A stretch of DNA of 32,000 bases, taken from contig JBFLWP010000002.1 of assembly GCA_040757595.1 (NCBI GenBank), positions 231,832 through 263,831 of the forward strand, in the 5' to 3' direction. A model generated the notes under the pieces. It was not told the origin of the DNA. It saw only the letters and a list, made by a program, of their open reading frames with translations, and did not search any database. This DNA comes from Nitrospirota bacterium. GTDB taxonomy: Bacteria > Nitrospirota > Nitrospiria > Nitrospirales > Nitrospiraceae. Below are positions 1 to 10,014 of the stretch, one piece after another (position 1 is the stretch's first letter; each line of letters starts with the position of its first letter). A program made the position numbers and the translations under genes.

Positions 1-362
1 AGGTGCTCAAGAAGGTGGTCGAGGAGGCGGGGGAGGTCGCGCTGGCGGCCAAGGGCGGAAAGCGGGAGGAGATCGTCTACGAGGCGGCCGATCTCCTGTT
101 CCACACCCTGGTCGCGCTCGGCTATCACGACGTCACCCCCCAAGAAGTCTATCAGGAGCTGGCAAGCCGGTTCGGGAAGAGCGGGCTGCGCGCCAAGACC
201 ATTGCGGCTGGGACGGGACCGTCGGGCCGGGAGCGTCGGGCCGGACGGGAGCGGCGGGGCAGCCGGGACCGCCGATCGGCTCAGGGCCAGCGGAGCGGGG
301 CGGAGCGGCGGAAGGGACCGGACCGGCGGCAGAGCCGGGAGCGGAGGGGGAGACGCGCATGA
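1..362 (+). CDS. hisE: phosphoribosyl-ATP pyrophosphohydrolase (HisE), 5' end cut by the window edge, with an Arg-rich C-terminal tail
   Basis: The ORF is open to the left edge. [42 protein letters not shown] matches the MazG-like HisE helices. The stop TGA at 360-362 overlaps the next ATG (ATGA). The last ~50 aa are [E/D]RR repeats. Confidence 0.8.
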   Translation, partial: VLKKVVEEAGEVALAAKGGKREEIVYEAADLLFHTLVALGYHDVTPQEVYQELASRFGKSGLRAKTIAAGTGPSGRERRAGRERRGSRDRRSAQGQRSGAERRKGPDRRQSRERRGRRA

Positions 363-703
363 GCGACTGCATCTTCTGCAAGATCGCCGAGAAGAAGATT
401 CCCGCCAAGGTCGTCCACGAGGACGACCGCTGCCTCGCCTTCGACGACATCAATCCCCAGGCGCCCATCCACACGCTGGTCATCCCCAAGCGCCACGCTT
501 CCTCCATTGCCGAGCTGACCGAGGCCGACGCAGGCCTGCTGGGGCACCTTATGCTGACGGCGGGGGCGGTGGCGAAGCAGAAGGGGATCGCGGAGTCCGG
601 CTATCGGGTGGTCCTGAACACGGGCAGGAACGGCGGCCAGACGGTCTTCCACCTCCATGTCCACCTGCTCGGCGGCCGTCCGATGCACTGGCCGCCCGGA
701 TAA
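359..703 (+). CDS. HIT-family (histidine triad) nucleotide hydrolase
   Basis: 114 aa. It has an N-terminal CIFCKI motif and a C-terminal histidine triad, HLHVHLLGG. Confidence 0.9.
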   Translation: MSDCIFCKIAEKKIPAKVVHEDDRCLAFDDINPQAPIHTLVIPKRHASSIAELTEADAGLLGHLMLTAGAVAKQKGIAESGYRVVLNTGRNGGQTVFHLHVHLLGGRPMHWPPG

Positions 704-722
704 AGAGAGCAGCCAGCGCCAA

Positions 723-935
723 GCGGGGCCTGTCGCCGAGCACCCCATCCGTCCTCGCTTCGCCCATCCCCCCGTGGGGGCCTTTCAACTCTCTGGTCTC
801 TTGTCGGCTAGATGACACGGAATAACCGTTGGCACACCGCAGGTGCTCACCCCCTCCGCTGCGGGCAGCCTGGGGCCCTGCTCGGCGCCACCCGCCCGGT
901 GAAATTCCGATCCAGCCGAGGCTAAAAAACGAGAA
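723..935. repeat. direct repeat, copy A (about 178 nt near-identical core plus a degenerate tail)
   Basis: By hand alignment, 723-899 equals 1770-1947 except for one A/G substitution and one 1-nt indel. The next ~35 nt still align, at roughly two-thirds identity. Confidence 0.9.
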
Positions 936-940
936 GTGAC

Positions 941-969
941 GGGGCCAGGCAGATTCCAAGCCTGGCCCC
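941..969 (+). terminator. GC-rich hairpin, possible terminator after HIT and repeat A
   Basis: GGGGCCAGGC (941-950) pairs perfectly with GCCTGGCCCC (960-969) around a 9-nt loop. It is followed by TGGTTTG, which is a weak U-tract. Confidence 0.3.
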
Positions 970-1026
970 TGGTTTGCGGTCAACCCCGATCCGGACGAAG
1001 TGACGGATTGACGCCCGCTTGGGTTG

Positions 1027-1046
1027 ATGCTAGCATTGTGCTAGCA
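1027..1046 (+). promoter_or_regulatory. tandem palindromic operator candidate for the RHH antitoxin
   Basis: ATGCTAGCAT (1027-1036) and TGCTAGCA (1039-1046) are both self-complementary. They lie 20-40 nt upstream of the vapB ATG and overlap a TTGATG -35-like hexamer. Confidence 0.5.
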
Positions 1047-1065
1047 TGCTGAGGAGGGTGGAGCC

Positions 1066-1299
1066 ATGGCACAAGTACTTGTCCGACAGCTTGACGACAA
1101 GGTCGTGGAGCGGTTGAAACGCCGGGCCAAAGAGCATGGCCGGTCCTTGCAGTCCGAAGTCAAGACGATCCTGGAGGAGGCTGCGCCGGACTACGAAGCG
1201 GCGTGGAGGCGGATCGAGCGATTTCGAAGCCGGCTCAAACGGTCGGGGCGTCGGTTCAGTGACAGCGCCGAACTCCTCCGCGAGGATCGGGACCGGTGA
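1066..1299 (+). CDS. vapB: ribbon-helix-helix antitoxin (FitA/VapB type)
   Basis: 77 aa. VLVRQLDDKVVERLKRRAKEHGRSLQSEVKTILEEA fits the RHH strand-helix-helix pattern. The SD GAGGAGGG is at 1051-1058. The stop overlaps the GTG of the PIN gene (GTGA). Confidence 0.85.
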   Translation: MAQVLVRQLDDKVVERLKRRAKEHGRSLQSEVKTILEEAAPDYEAAWRRIERFRSRLKRSGRRFSDSAELLREDRDR

Positions 1300-1727
1300 A
1301 CCGTTATGTGGTGGATGCCAGCGTCGCGATCAAATGGTTCATCCCCGAGCGGCTTTCCGAGGCGGCGGGTCGGCTCCGCCAGGCGAACCACAGCTTGTCG
1401 GTACCGGCCTTCTTTTGGCTCGAAATCGGGAACGTTCTCGCCAAGAAGATTCGCCGGGGCGAGATCACCGGAGAAGAAGGCGACTTCATTCTGAAAGAAC
1501 TTCGGCAGTTGCCGTTCCGGCGGCATGCCGATGAGAGGCTGTTCCGCTCTGCCTACGCCCTTGCGTTGCAGACGCAACGCAGCCTGTACGATTGCCTGTA
1601 TCTGGCCTTGGCCGAAGTCATTGACGGGCGCATGGTTACCGCGGACCGCAAGTTCTACGCGGCGCTCATGGCCGGGGAACAGGGCCGACGGCTGCTCTGG
1701 GTTGAGGATCTGCCGCAGGCGACCTGA
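1296..1727 (+). CDS. vapC: PIN-domain toxin (VapC/FitB type)
   Basis: 143 aa. The PIN acidic residues sit in their usual contexts: YVVDASV, WLEIGNV, YDCLYLALA, VTADRKF. Confidence 0.9.
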   Translation: MNRYVVDASVAIKWFIPERLSEAAGRLRQANHSLSVPAFFWLEIGNVLAKKIRRGEITGEEGDFILKELRQLPFRRHADERLFRSAYALALQTQRSLYDCLYLALAEVIDGRMVTADRKFYAALMAGEQGRRLLWVEDLPQAT

Positions 1728-1769
1728 GAAAGCTTGCCGCGGCTGACGAATGGCTGAAGGAAGAACCGG

Positions 1770-1985
1770 GCGGGGCCTGTCGCCGAGCACCCCGTCCGTC
1801 CTCGCTTCGCCCATCCCCCCGTGGGGGCCTTTCAACTCTCTGGTCTCTTGTCGGCTAGATGACACGGAATAACCGTTGGCACACCGCAGGGTGCTCACCC
1901 CCTCCGCTGCGGGCAGCCTGGGGCCCTGCTCGGCGCCACCCGCCCGGCGAAACACCGTTCCATCCGCGGCGAAAAAGGAAAGGTA
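1770..1985. repeat. direct repeat, copy B
   Basis: See copy A. This copy starts 43 nt after the vapC stop. Confidence 0.9.
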
Positions 1986-2045
1986 TCGCGATGCAGGACC
2001 GGCCACCCAGTTGAAGTAACCTCGCACTAAGAATAAAAAAAGTAG

Positions 2046-2082
2046 AAAGGCGACGAGTCGCTTATTGGGACCCGTCGCCTTT
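2046..2082. terminator. hairpin flanked by an A-run/T-run at the left edge of the low-GC island
   Basis: AAAGGCGACG (2046-2055) pairs with CGTCGCCTTT (2073-2082). On the + strand it is preceded by AATAAAAAAAGTAG, so on the minus strand it reads as a hairpin plus a T-run. The + strand has only TTT after the stem. Confidence 0.35.
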
Positions 2083-2130
2083 CGTCGCGGTGAAGCACCG
2101 CGCCTCATTTGGAGCTTCGGCCTCGGCGGG

Positions 2131-2159
2131 TTGACACGATTCGCAACAAGACGTAGCCT
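2131..2159 (+). promoter_or_regulatory. candidate sigma-70 promoter for the island operon
   Basis: TTGACA (2131-2136), a 17-nt spacer, then TAGCCT (2154-2159). The -35 is perfect and the -10 is weak. Confidence 0.3.
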
Positions 2160-2241
2160 GTTGCTGCCTCACCACTGCCGCTGATAAGGAGCCCGTTTTC
2201 TTTCGTCCGACACTGTCTTTCAGGGCAGGTTCTGGGTTTCT

Positions 2242-2961
2242 ATGGAATCAGGACCTTCGGCAAGCACGTCGCCTCCATTCTCCACCGGAAGTTACTGGAC
2301 CCGTAACCGTATGGAACTATTAGCGTGGTTTCGACGGAATGCTCCTTCCTTGGGAGAACTCTATGAAGGCGCGGTCAAGATGTTGTTCGAGAACACCATA
2401 CCTGGGCGCACTCGCTTCATTGCTCATGCTGTTCGGGATATTCGAAACAGGCTTCCAGAGGTCATATCAGGTCTCAAGGGTGGAGCCCGCTTCGAGTGGA
2501 AGCAGCACTTGGATGAGCTCACAGACGCGTGGCAAAAAGCAGGGTTCTCCTTGGATAGCTCATTACCAGTTACTATGACCCAAAGTGGTACTTCCTCGGA
2601 TTCTCGATCATCCAATGTTACATTGCCGCCGCATCTTTTTCGTAGGATTGCAAAGATGCTCGAGGAGTATTCTCGCACGCGCGAGACAAGAAGATCAGCA
2701 GCCATCAGGCTTTTTGAGGGTTGTGCTCCAGAGAACAAGCAACAAAAAGATGCCCTCGAACCGATAGTCAGCCAATGGATGGACATCACCGAGTGGTTTG
2801 TCAACACAGTACACGACTCTGGTCAGCCTGATGGCGATTATGATTGTGCTGAGTTTACGAGGCATTTCCTTCTGTTCGAAGACACTTTAATAGCGCTACT
2901 AGGTCAATTCTTTACGACTATCAAAGGACTCGATGAGATCCTGGAAGACACCAACTCCTGA
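2242..2961 (+). CDS. hypothetical protein, 239 aa, no recognisable domain
   Basis: It is the only long ORF here in a region of lower GC. The sequence looks protein-like and helical. An alternative start is ATG 2311 (MELLAWF). The 3' end overlaps the next gene by 29 nt. Confidence 0.6.
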   Translation: MESGPSASTSPPFSTGSYWTRNRMELLAWFRRNAPSLGELYEGAVKMLFENTIPGRTRFIAHAVRDIRNRLPEVISGLKGGARFEWKQHLDELTDAWQKAGFSLDSSLPVTMTQSGTSSDSRSSNVTLPPHLFRRIAKMLEEYSRTRETRRSAAIRLFEGCAPENKQQKDALEPIVSQWMDITEWFVNTVHDSGQPDGDYDCAEFTRHFLLFEDTLIALLGQFFTTIKGLDEILEDTNS

Positions 2962-5806
2962 GCAGGTTGATAGGGCCATCGCTCTTCTCGCTCACCCAGA
3001 ACTGCGTCGGTACTTCTTCGACCGGCTTGAGAATCCTCACTGGCTTGAACCGCTGAAGCAAAAAGGATTCTTTGGGCATCCGCCCGCGGTTGTGAGAGAC
3101 GAGGGAAAAGGGACTGTTCGATTTCCTCCATGGCCAGAATCGCGGTATTTAGCCCGCATGGCAGTGCATAATCCAGCAAAGGTGCTCGAGATAGCGCTAT
3201 CGATCGAGACGGATAACATCCGCGTCAATGAAGATCTTTTGGACGCAGCGCTTGCAATGCCCGCCGAGATGGCAGCCACGCTAGCGTCGAAGGCACCAGC
3301 ATGGATAGAAAGGCCATATTCCCCTTTTTGGCCAGAGAAGTTCGGTGATCTGGTCGGGCATCTGGCGCGGGGCAATCAAGTGGAGGTCGCCCTGACACTG
3401 GCGCAGAAGTTACTCGCCGTTCTACCGAGCCAGGGAGCCCTTTCTCAGGCGCGAGCGCGATTCGAGGCCTGGCATTACGAAGGCATCCTTGAGAAGAACC
3501 TTCCCGACCTGATCGCGGCGGCGGGAGTGCGTGCCTTGAATCTTCTGTGCGATCTCCTCAACAGCGCTATGCAGTTGTCCCGCGAACACATAGACGAGGA
3601 GGGAGGTGAGGACTACTCATACATCTGGCGACCTGCAATCGAAGGTGAGAGACACAGGGGCTTTCATGAGATCAGAGACCTCTTGGTTTCAGCAGTCAGG
3701 GATGCCGCTATACAGATAGTCCGGAAGGATCAAACGTTGCTCGCATCGGTACTCGACGAGTTGGAGCGGAGACCCTGGAAAATCTTCCGGCGGATTGGAC
3801 TGCATGTTTCGCGTTCATTCCCGGGCAGTGAACCGGACTTGGTGCGATCGAGGCTTATGAATCGGACCCTGTTCGAAGACCGCGGGACCCAGCGCGAATA
3901 CGCTCTTATGTTAAGGAATCGGTTTAGCCTTCTCTCTGCGGATGACCAGACGGAGGTCTTAGGCTGGATAGAGCAAGGGCCCGACCTCGATCGGTTTTGG
4001 GAGAGCCGGAAGGCTTGGGGAGAACAAATACCGACCGAAGAGGAGTCAGCGGCCTATGCGGGGCAATGGCGCCTCAGGCGCCTAAGGTGGATTCGAGACT
4101 CACTACCCACGGAATGGAAGCAGCGGTACGACGCCCTTGTGCAGCAGTTCGGAGAACCGCAGGACCCGGAAATGGTCCCAAGAGCCGAGGCTGTAAGGGT
4201 TGGTCCACGAGCTCCGAAAAGTCAAGAGGAGCTTGGCGCAATGTCTGCTACCGAGGTGATCGCTTATTTGAAGTCGTGGCTTCCGTCTGACGATGCACTT
4301 GGTCCTTCACCAGAAGGGCTAGGGAGGCAATTAAAGAACGTCGTCGCTGCTGAGCCGGATCGCTTTGCCCAGAGCGCATTCAGTTTTCGGGAGGTTGATC
4401 CGACATATGTCCGCGCGGTTTTGGAGGGCCTCCATGATGCAGCAAGGGAAAGACCGTTTCCCTGGGAGCCCGTACTTGATCTGTGTTTGTGGGTTGTCAC
4501 TCAACCGAGGGAGATAGAAGGCCGGACCGTGAGGAAGTGGGATGCTGATCCAGACTGGGGGGCGACACGCTCTGCAATAGCAAGGCTTCTATCGGTAGGG
4601 CTTCAAGAAGGACAATATGAACTTCCGATGTCCCTACGTACCAAGGTTTGGAAGATTCTCTGGGAGTTGACGGAGGACCCCGAACCGTCACCACAGTACG
4701 AGAGAGAATTCGGTGGGACCAATATGGACCCAGTGGCTATGTCCATTAACACAGTGCGGGGAGAAGCCATGCACACTGTGGTGCGTTATGCCCTTTGGGT
4801 CCGTCGCTACATTGCGAAAGCTGAGGACGCTGAACAACGAATTACACGTGGCTTCGGAGAGATGCCTGAGGTGACGGAGGTTCTTGAAGCGCATCTAGAT
4901 CCAGCACATGATCCTTCTCTTGCAGTTCGCGCTGTTTATGGTGAGTGGCTTCCTTGGCTTGTGCTCCTTGACCGTGGATGGACCACCGACAACCTGAGCA
5001 GGATATTCCCGGACAACGACAATCAAAGGAACTTTCGAGATGCCGCATGGGAAGCGTACATTGTCTTTTGCCAGCCATATGACGACGCTTTTTATGTAAT
5101 AAAGGATGTATATGCTCGCGCTGTCGAGCGAATTGGCACGGTTGCTGCCGATAGTCGGCATCGTGGTGACCCGGATCAGCATCTCGCTGAGCACTTGATG
5201 GTTTTCTATTGGCGAGGCAAGCTGGATGTTAATGAGCAAGGGGGGGTACTGGGAAGATTTTACGAAAAGGCGCCAGATTCGCTTCGGGCGCATGCGATTG
5301 AGTTCATAGGGCGCAGCCTGAGTAACACCGAAGGTGCTGTGGAGGCAGGGGTCCTTGACCGACTTCGATCCATTTGGGCCATACGCCTTGGTTCCGCGCG
5401 CGCGGCGTCAAATCGTGAGACGCATGCTGGAGAGATGGCTGCGTTTGGGTGGTGGTTTGCCTCAGGTAAGTTTGACGACCCATGGGCGGTCGAACAATTG
5501 TTCGCTGCGCTCTCTTTGATACGAAAAATCGATGCAGGCTGGCTGGTTCTAGAGAGACTTGCTGCCCTAGCAGAGGCTATGCCCAATGAGAGTGTTCGAT
5601 GTGCATTGCTGATGATTGAAGGGGATTTGAAGGGCTGGGAAATTCACGGCTGGCGAAACGAGTTGCGTGCCATATTGTCCACTGTTATTCGGAGCACTCG
5701 CCCCAACGCTCTCCAAGGAGCGGTAGAGCTCGTCAATCGTTTAGGTGCCAAAGGGTTTCTTGAGTTCAGAGATTTGCTCCCATCGGGTGACTTATCGCTA
5801 GACTGA
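2933..5806 (+). CDS. hypothetical large protein, 957 aa, probably all-alpha (solenoid-like)
   Basis: An uninterrupted 2.9-kb ORF in ~50% GC sequence is unlikely by chance. The protein is rich in L/E/R/W/A. I saw no P-loop, nuclease or transmembrane motif by eye. Confidence 0.8.
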   Translation: MRSWKTPTPEQVDRAIALLAHPELRRYFFDRLENPHWLEPLKQKGFFGHPPAVVRDEGKGTVRFPPWPESRYLARMAVHNPAKVLEIALSIETDNIRVNEDLLDAALAMPAEMAATLASKAPAWIERPYSPFWPEKFGDLVGHLARGNQVEVALTLAQKLLAVLPSQGALSQARARFEAWHYEGILEKNLPDLIAAAGVRALNLLCDLLNSAMQLSREHIDEEGGEDYSYIWRPAIEGERHRGFHEIRDLLVSAVRDAAIQIVRKDQTLLASVLDELERRPWKIFRRIGLHVSRSFPGSEPDLVRSRLMNRTLFEDRGTQREYALMLRNRFSLLSADDQTEVLGWIEQGPDLDRFWESRKAWGEQIPTEEESAAYAGQWRLRRLRWIRDSLPTEWKQRYDALVQQFGEPQDPEMVPRAEAVRVGPRAPKSQEELGAMSATEVIAYLKSWLPSDDALGPSPEGLGRQLKNVVAAEPDRFAQSAFSFREVDPTYVRAVLEGLHDAARERPFPWEPVLDLCLWVVTQPREIEGRTVRKWDADPDWGATRSAIARLLSVGLQEGQYELPMSLRTKVWKILWELTEDPEPSPQYEREFGGTNMDPVAMSINTVRGEAMHTVVRYALWVRRYIAKAEDAEQRITRGFGEMPEVTEVLEAHLDPAHDPSLAVRAVYGEWLPWLVLLDRGWTTDNLSRIFPDNDNQRNFRDAAWEAYIVFCQPYDDAFYVIKDVYARAVERIGTVAADSRHRGDPDQHLAEHLMVFYWRGKLDVNEQGGVLGRFYEKAPDSLRAHAIEFIGRSLSNTEGAVEAGVLDRLRSIWAIRLGSARAASNRETHAGEMAAFGWWFASGKFDDPWAVEQLFAALSLIRKIDAGWLVLERLAALAEAMPNESVRCALLMIEGDLKGWEIHGWRNELRAILSTVIRSTRPNALQGAVELVNRLGAKGFLEFRDLLPSGDLSLD

Positions 5807-5868
5807 AGAAAGCATGCTAGAAGTCATTGTTATGTGAAGCTAGGCGGACGAGTGGGCGTTGAGGGGTT

Positions 5869-6201
5869 TTGGCGAATAGTGGCGAAGAATCCGAGGAGAA
5901 GGCCCTGCTCCAGACGTTGAGGTCATTGACGAACGACGAGAAACGCTTCACGAGGGACGGGGGCGGCTTTTTTGCCGAGCTGGTTGAGGAGGGACAACCT
6001 ATGGAGCTGGAAGAGGCCAGAGCGCGGATCGAGGCGGCCATCGGGCAGTACGGGCAGCGGGCGGCCAACGCGATCGAGTTGGTGATCAACGAGGTGCGCT
6101 CGGACCTCGGCGCGGCGGCCGTGAACGAGCTGATTGACGAATTCGACCTGGAGCTCCAGTACAACATCGCGCCCCTGGAATCGGACTATTCGAACTTCTG
6201 A
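5869..6201 (+). CDS. hypothetical small acidic protein (110 aa from TTG; start uncertain)
   Basis: The ORF is acidic and helical, returns to core-like GC, and lies directly upstream of the dnaG promoter region. The first in-frame ATG is only at codon 45. Confidence 0.45.
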   Translation: MANSGEESEEKALLQTLRSLTNDEKRFTRDGGGFFAELVEEGQPMELEEARARIEAAIGQYGQRAANAIELVINEVRSDLGAAAVNELIDEFDLELQYNIAPLESDYSNF

Positions 6202-6241
6202 CCGACCCCCCCGTCCTTCCTTTCCCGCCCTTCCCGCGCCA

Positions 6242-6270
6242 TTGACTTCCCCGTCACCCGTCTGTTAAAT
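6242..6270 (+). promoter_or_regulatory. candidate sigma-70 promoter of dnaG-rpoD
   Basis: TTGACT (6242-6247), a 17-nt spacer, then TTAAAT (6265-6270). Confidence 0.4.
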
Positions 6271-6357
6271 TGCAAGGTCAATTTTTCTGGATTTTCAAGC
6301 CCTTCCACTTCGACTGGCTCGGTTCATCACGGCACGGGATCACAGGAGCGGATTGGC

Positions 6358-8187
6358 GTGAGCCAGGGCCTCATTCCGGAAGACGTTCTCAACCACATCC
6401 GGGAACGAGCGGACATCGCGCAGGTCGTGTCCGACTACGTGACCCTCTCCCGGGCCGGGCAGAACCTCAAGGGGCTCTGCCCCTTCCACAGCGAGAAGAC
6501 CCCCTCCTTCACGGTCAGCCCCTCCAGGCAGATGTTCCACTGTTTCGGCTGCGGGGTGGGCGGGAACGTCTTCACGTTCCTGATGAAGATCGAGGGGATG
6601 GAGTTCCCGGAGGCCGCGCGCGAGTTGGGGCGTCGCACGGGGGTGGCCATTCCCGAGACCCGCGGGGGCCAAGCGCAGAGCCGCGGGGACCGGCAGAAGC
6701 TGGAGCAGATTCACGAGGCGGCGGCGGCCTGGTTCCGGCGGAACCTGGAGGAGGGGGAGACCGGCAAAGAGGCCCGGGCCTATCTCGCCCGGCGCGGGAT
6801 CACTCAGGAGACCATCGAGGCCTTCGGCGTGGGCGTCGCGCCGCCCGCCTGGGACGGGTTGATCCGCAGCCTGGGCCAGGCCGGTTACAAGCCTGCCGAC
6901 CTGGCTGCGGCCGGCCTGGCCGTGCCGCGGGAGCGGGACGGGAAGGGCCAGCCAGGCGCGGCCGGCTACTACGACCGGTTCCGCGGGCGCGTGATGTTTC
7001 CGATCCGGGATCTCCGGCAGCGGGTCATCGCCTTCGGCGGGCGCGTGCTGGACGATGCGGTCCCCAAGTACCTGAACTCGCCGGACACGCCGCTCTTCAA
7101 CAAGGGGCGGAACCTCTACGCCCTCGACCAGGCGCGCGAGGCAGCCGGGCGGGCGGACACCCTCGTGATCGTGGAAGGCTATTTCGACGCGATCGCGCTG
7201 CACCAGGCCGGAGTCCGGAACGTGGCCGCGACGCTGGGCACGGCGCTGACGCCCGAGCACGTGCAAACGCTCCGGCGGTTCGTCAAGCGGCTCGTGTTGC
7301 TCTTCGACCCGGATCCGGCCGGCGTGCGGGCGGCGCTGCGGACGTTGGACCTCTTCGTCGGCAGCGGGATGGGCGTGCGGGTCGTGTCGCTGCCGGCCGG
7401 CGAGGACCCAGACACATACATCCGCAAGACCGGGGCCGAGGCCTTCCTCCAATTGCAGGACCGGGCCCCCAGCCTGCTGGACTTTTCGGTCGAGCACAGT
7501 CTGCAGCAGGCGGCGTCCGGACTGCTGGAGGACCGGATCAGGAGCGTGGACGAAATTCTGCGGATTCTCCAGCGGACCGCCAACCGGATCGAGAAGGAGG
7601 AATGCACCCGCCGCGTGGCGGAGCGGCTGGGCATCGGCCAGCAGCGGCTGATCGAGCGGTACCCGGAGCTCCTGCCCAAGGAAGACCGTCGCGCTTCCCG
7701 ACCCGCTCCCAGGCCGCAGGCCGCCGCGGCCGAGCCGCGGTTCAAGGCCAGCCCGGAGGAGCGGGACCTGGTCCACCTCCTCCTGCACGGCAAGCTGAGC
7801 GCCGCCCACGTCCGCTCCCTTTCGCCCGAGTCGTTCTCCGTGCCGGCCTGCCGCCGCCTCGTGGAGCTCGCGCTCGCACACCTGGACCGGGACGGCCGGG
7901 TCCTGGTCCGGCCGCTGCTGGACGCGGCGATGGCCGAGCCCCGGTGCGCGGCCGTCGCGACCGAGCTCTCCCTGCGGGACTGCCACGTGGACGACCTGAA
8001 CGAGTACATCGCCGGCTGTCTGGAGACGCTGGAGCGGAAGCGGCACGAGCTGGCGCTGAACGAGCTGATCGTCAAGCTGCGCGCGGCCGAGCGGGAGGGG
8101 CGGGCCGAGGACGTGCGGCGGCTGAATGCCCAGGTCAACGATCTGCGGATGCGGAAGGCGGGCGTGCAGCACGCTCCGACCGTGTAA
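6358..8187 (+). CDS. dnaG: DNA primase
   Basis: 609 aa from GTG. It has the zinc finger [26 protein letters not shown] and TOPRIM motifs ([25 protein letters not shown]). Confidence 0.95.
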   Translation: MSQGLIPEDVLNHIRERADIAQVVSDYVTLSRAGQNLKGLCPFHSEKTPSFTVSPSRQMFHCFGCGVGGNVFTFLMKIEGMEFPEAARELGRRTGVAIPETRGGQAQSRGDRQKLEQIHEAAAAWFRRNLEEGETGKEARAYLARRGITQETIEAFGVGVAPPAWDGLIRSLGQAGYKPADLAAAGLAVPRERDGKGQPGAAGYYDRFRGRVMFPIRDLRQRVIAFGGRVLDDAVPKYLNSPDTPLFNKGRNLYALDQAREAAGRADTLVIVEGYFDAIALHQAGVRNVAATLGTALTPEHVQTLRRFVKRLVLLFDPDPAGVRAALRTLDLFVGSGMGVRVVSLPAGEDPDTYIRKTGAEAFLQLQDRAPSLLDFSVEHSLQQAASGLLEDRIRSVDEILRILQRTANRIEKEECTRRVAERLGIGQQRLIERYPELLPKEDRRASRPAPRPQAAAAEPRFKASPEERDLVHLLLHGKLSAAHVRSLSPESFSVPACRRLVELALAHLDRDGRVLVRPLLDAAMAEPRCAAVATELSLRDCHVDDLNEYIAGCLETLERKRHELALNELIVKLRAAEREGRAEDVRRLNAQVNDLRMRKAGVQHAPTV

Positions 8188-8209
8188 GGGGAGTGTCGAA
8201 GGAGTACCC

Positions 8210-10012
<1,803 letters not shown>

Positions 10013-10014
10013 AC

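Noticed and set aside
1770-1947. The idea that the repeat is a tmRNA, 6S or SRP RNA, since it starts with GGGGC and has a closing helix.
   Set aside because: It has no tRNA-like acceptor/T-arm, no tag ORF and no SRP domain IV motif. Two tandem copies of such a gene would also be odd. I leave it as an unclassified structured repeat.
723-1985. The idea that the ~200-bp repeats are integron attC sites, making vapBC an integron cassette.
   Set aside because: The repeats are too long for attC. I could not find RYYYAAC / GTTRRRY core sites at the ends, no third copy follows the next genes, and no intI is in the window.
549-2108. Minus-strand ORFs (144 aa and 305 aa) sharing the peptide RCANGYSVSSSRQETRELKGPHGGMGEARTDGVLGDRPR.
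   Set aside because: The shared peptide is simply the translation of the two copies of the direct repeat. The 305-aa ORF also runs antisense through vapBC. There is no start or SD support.
5811-5818. AGCATGCT at the right edge of the island is identical to part of the vapB operator (1043-1050), and two GCTAG motifs are nearby. This hinted at antitoxin binding at both island ends.
   Set aside because: A given 8-mer is expected about once by chance in 32 kb on two strands, and the spacing of the GCTAG motifs differs (23 versus 12 nt).
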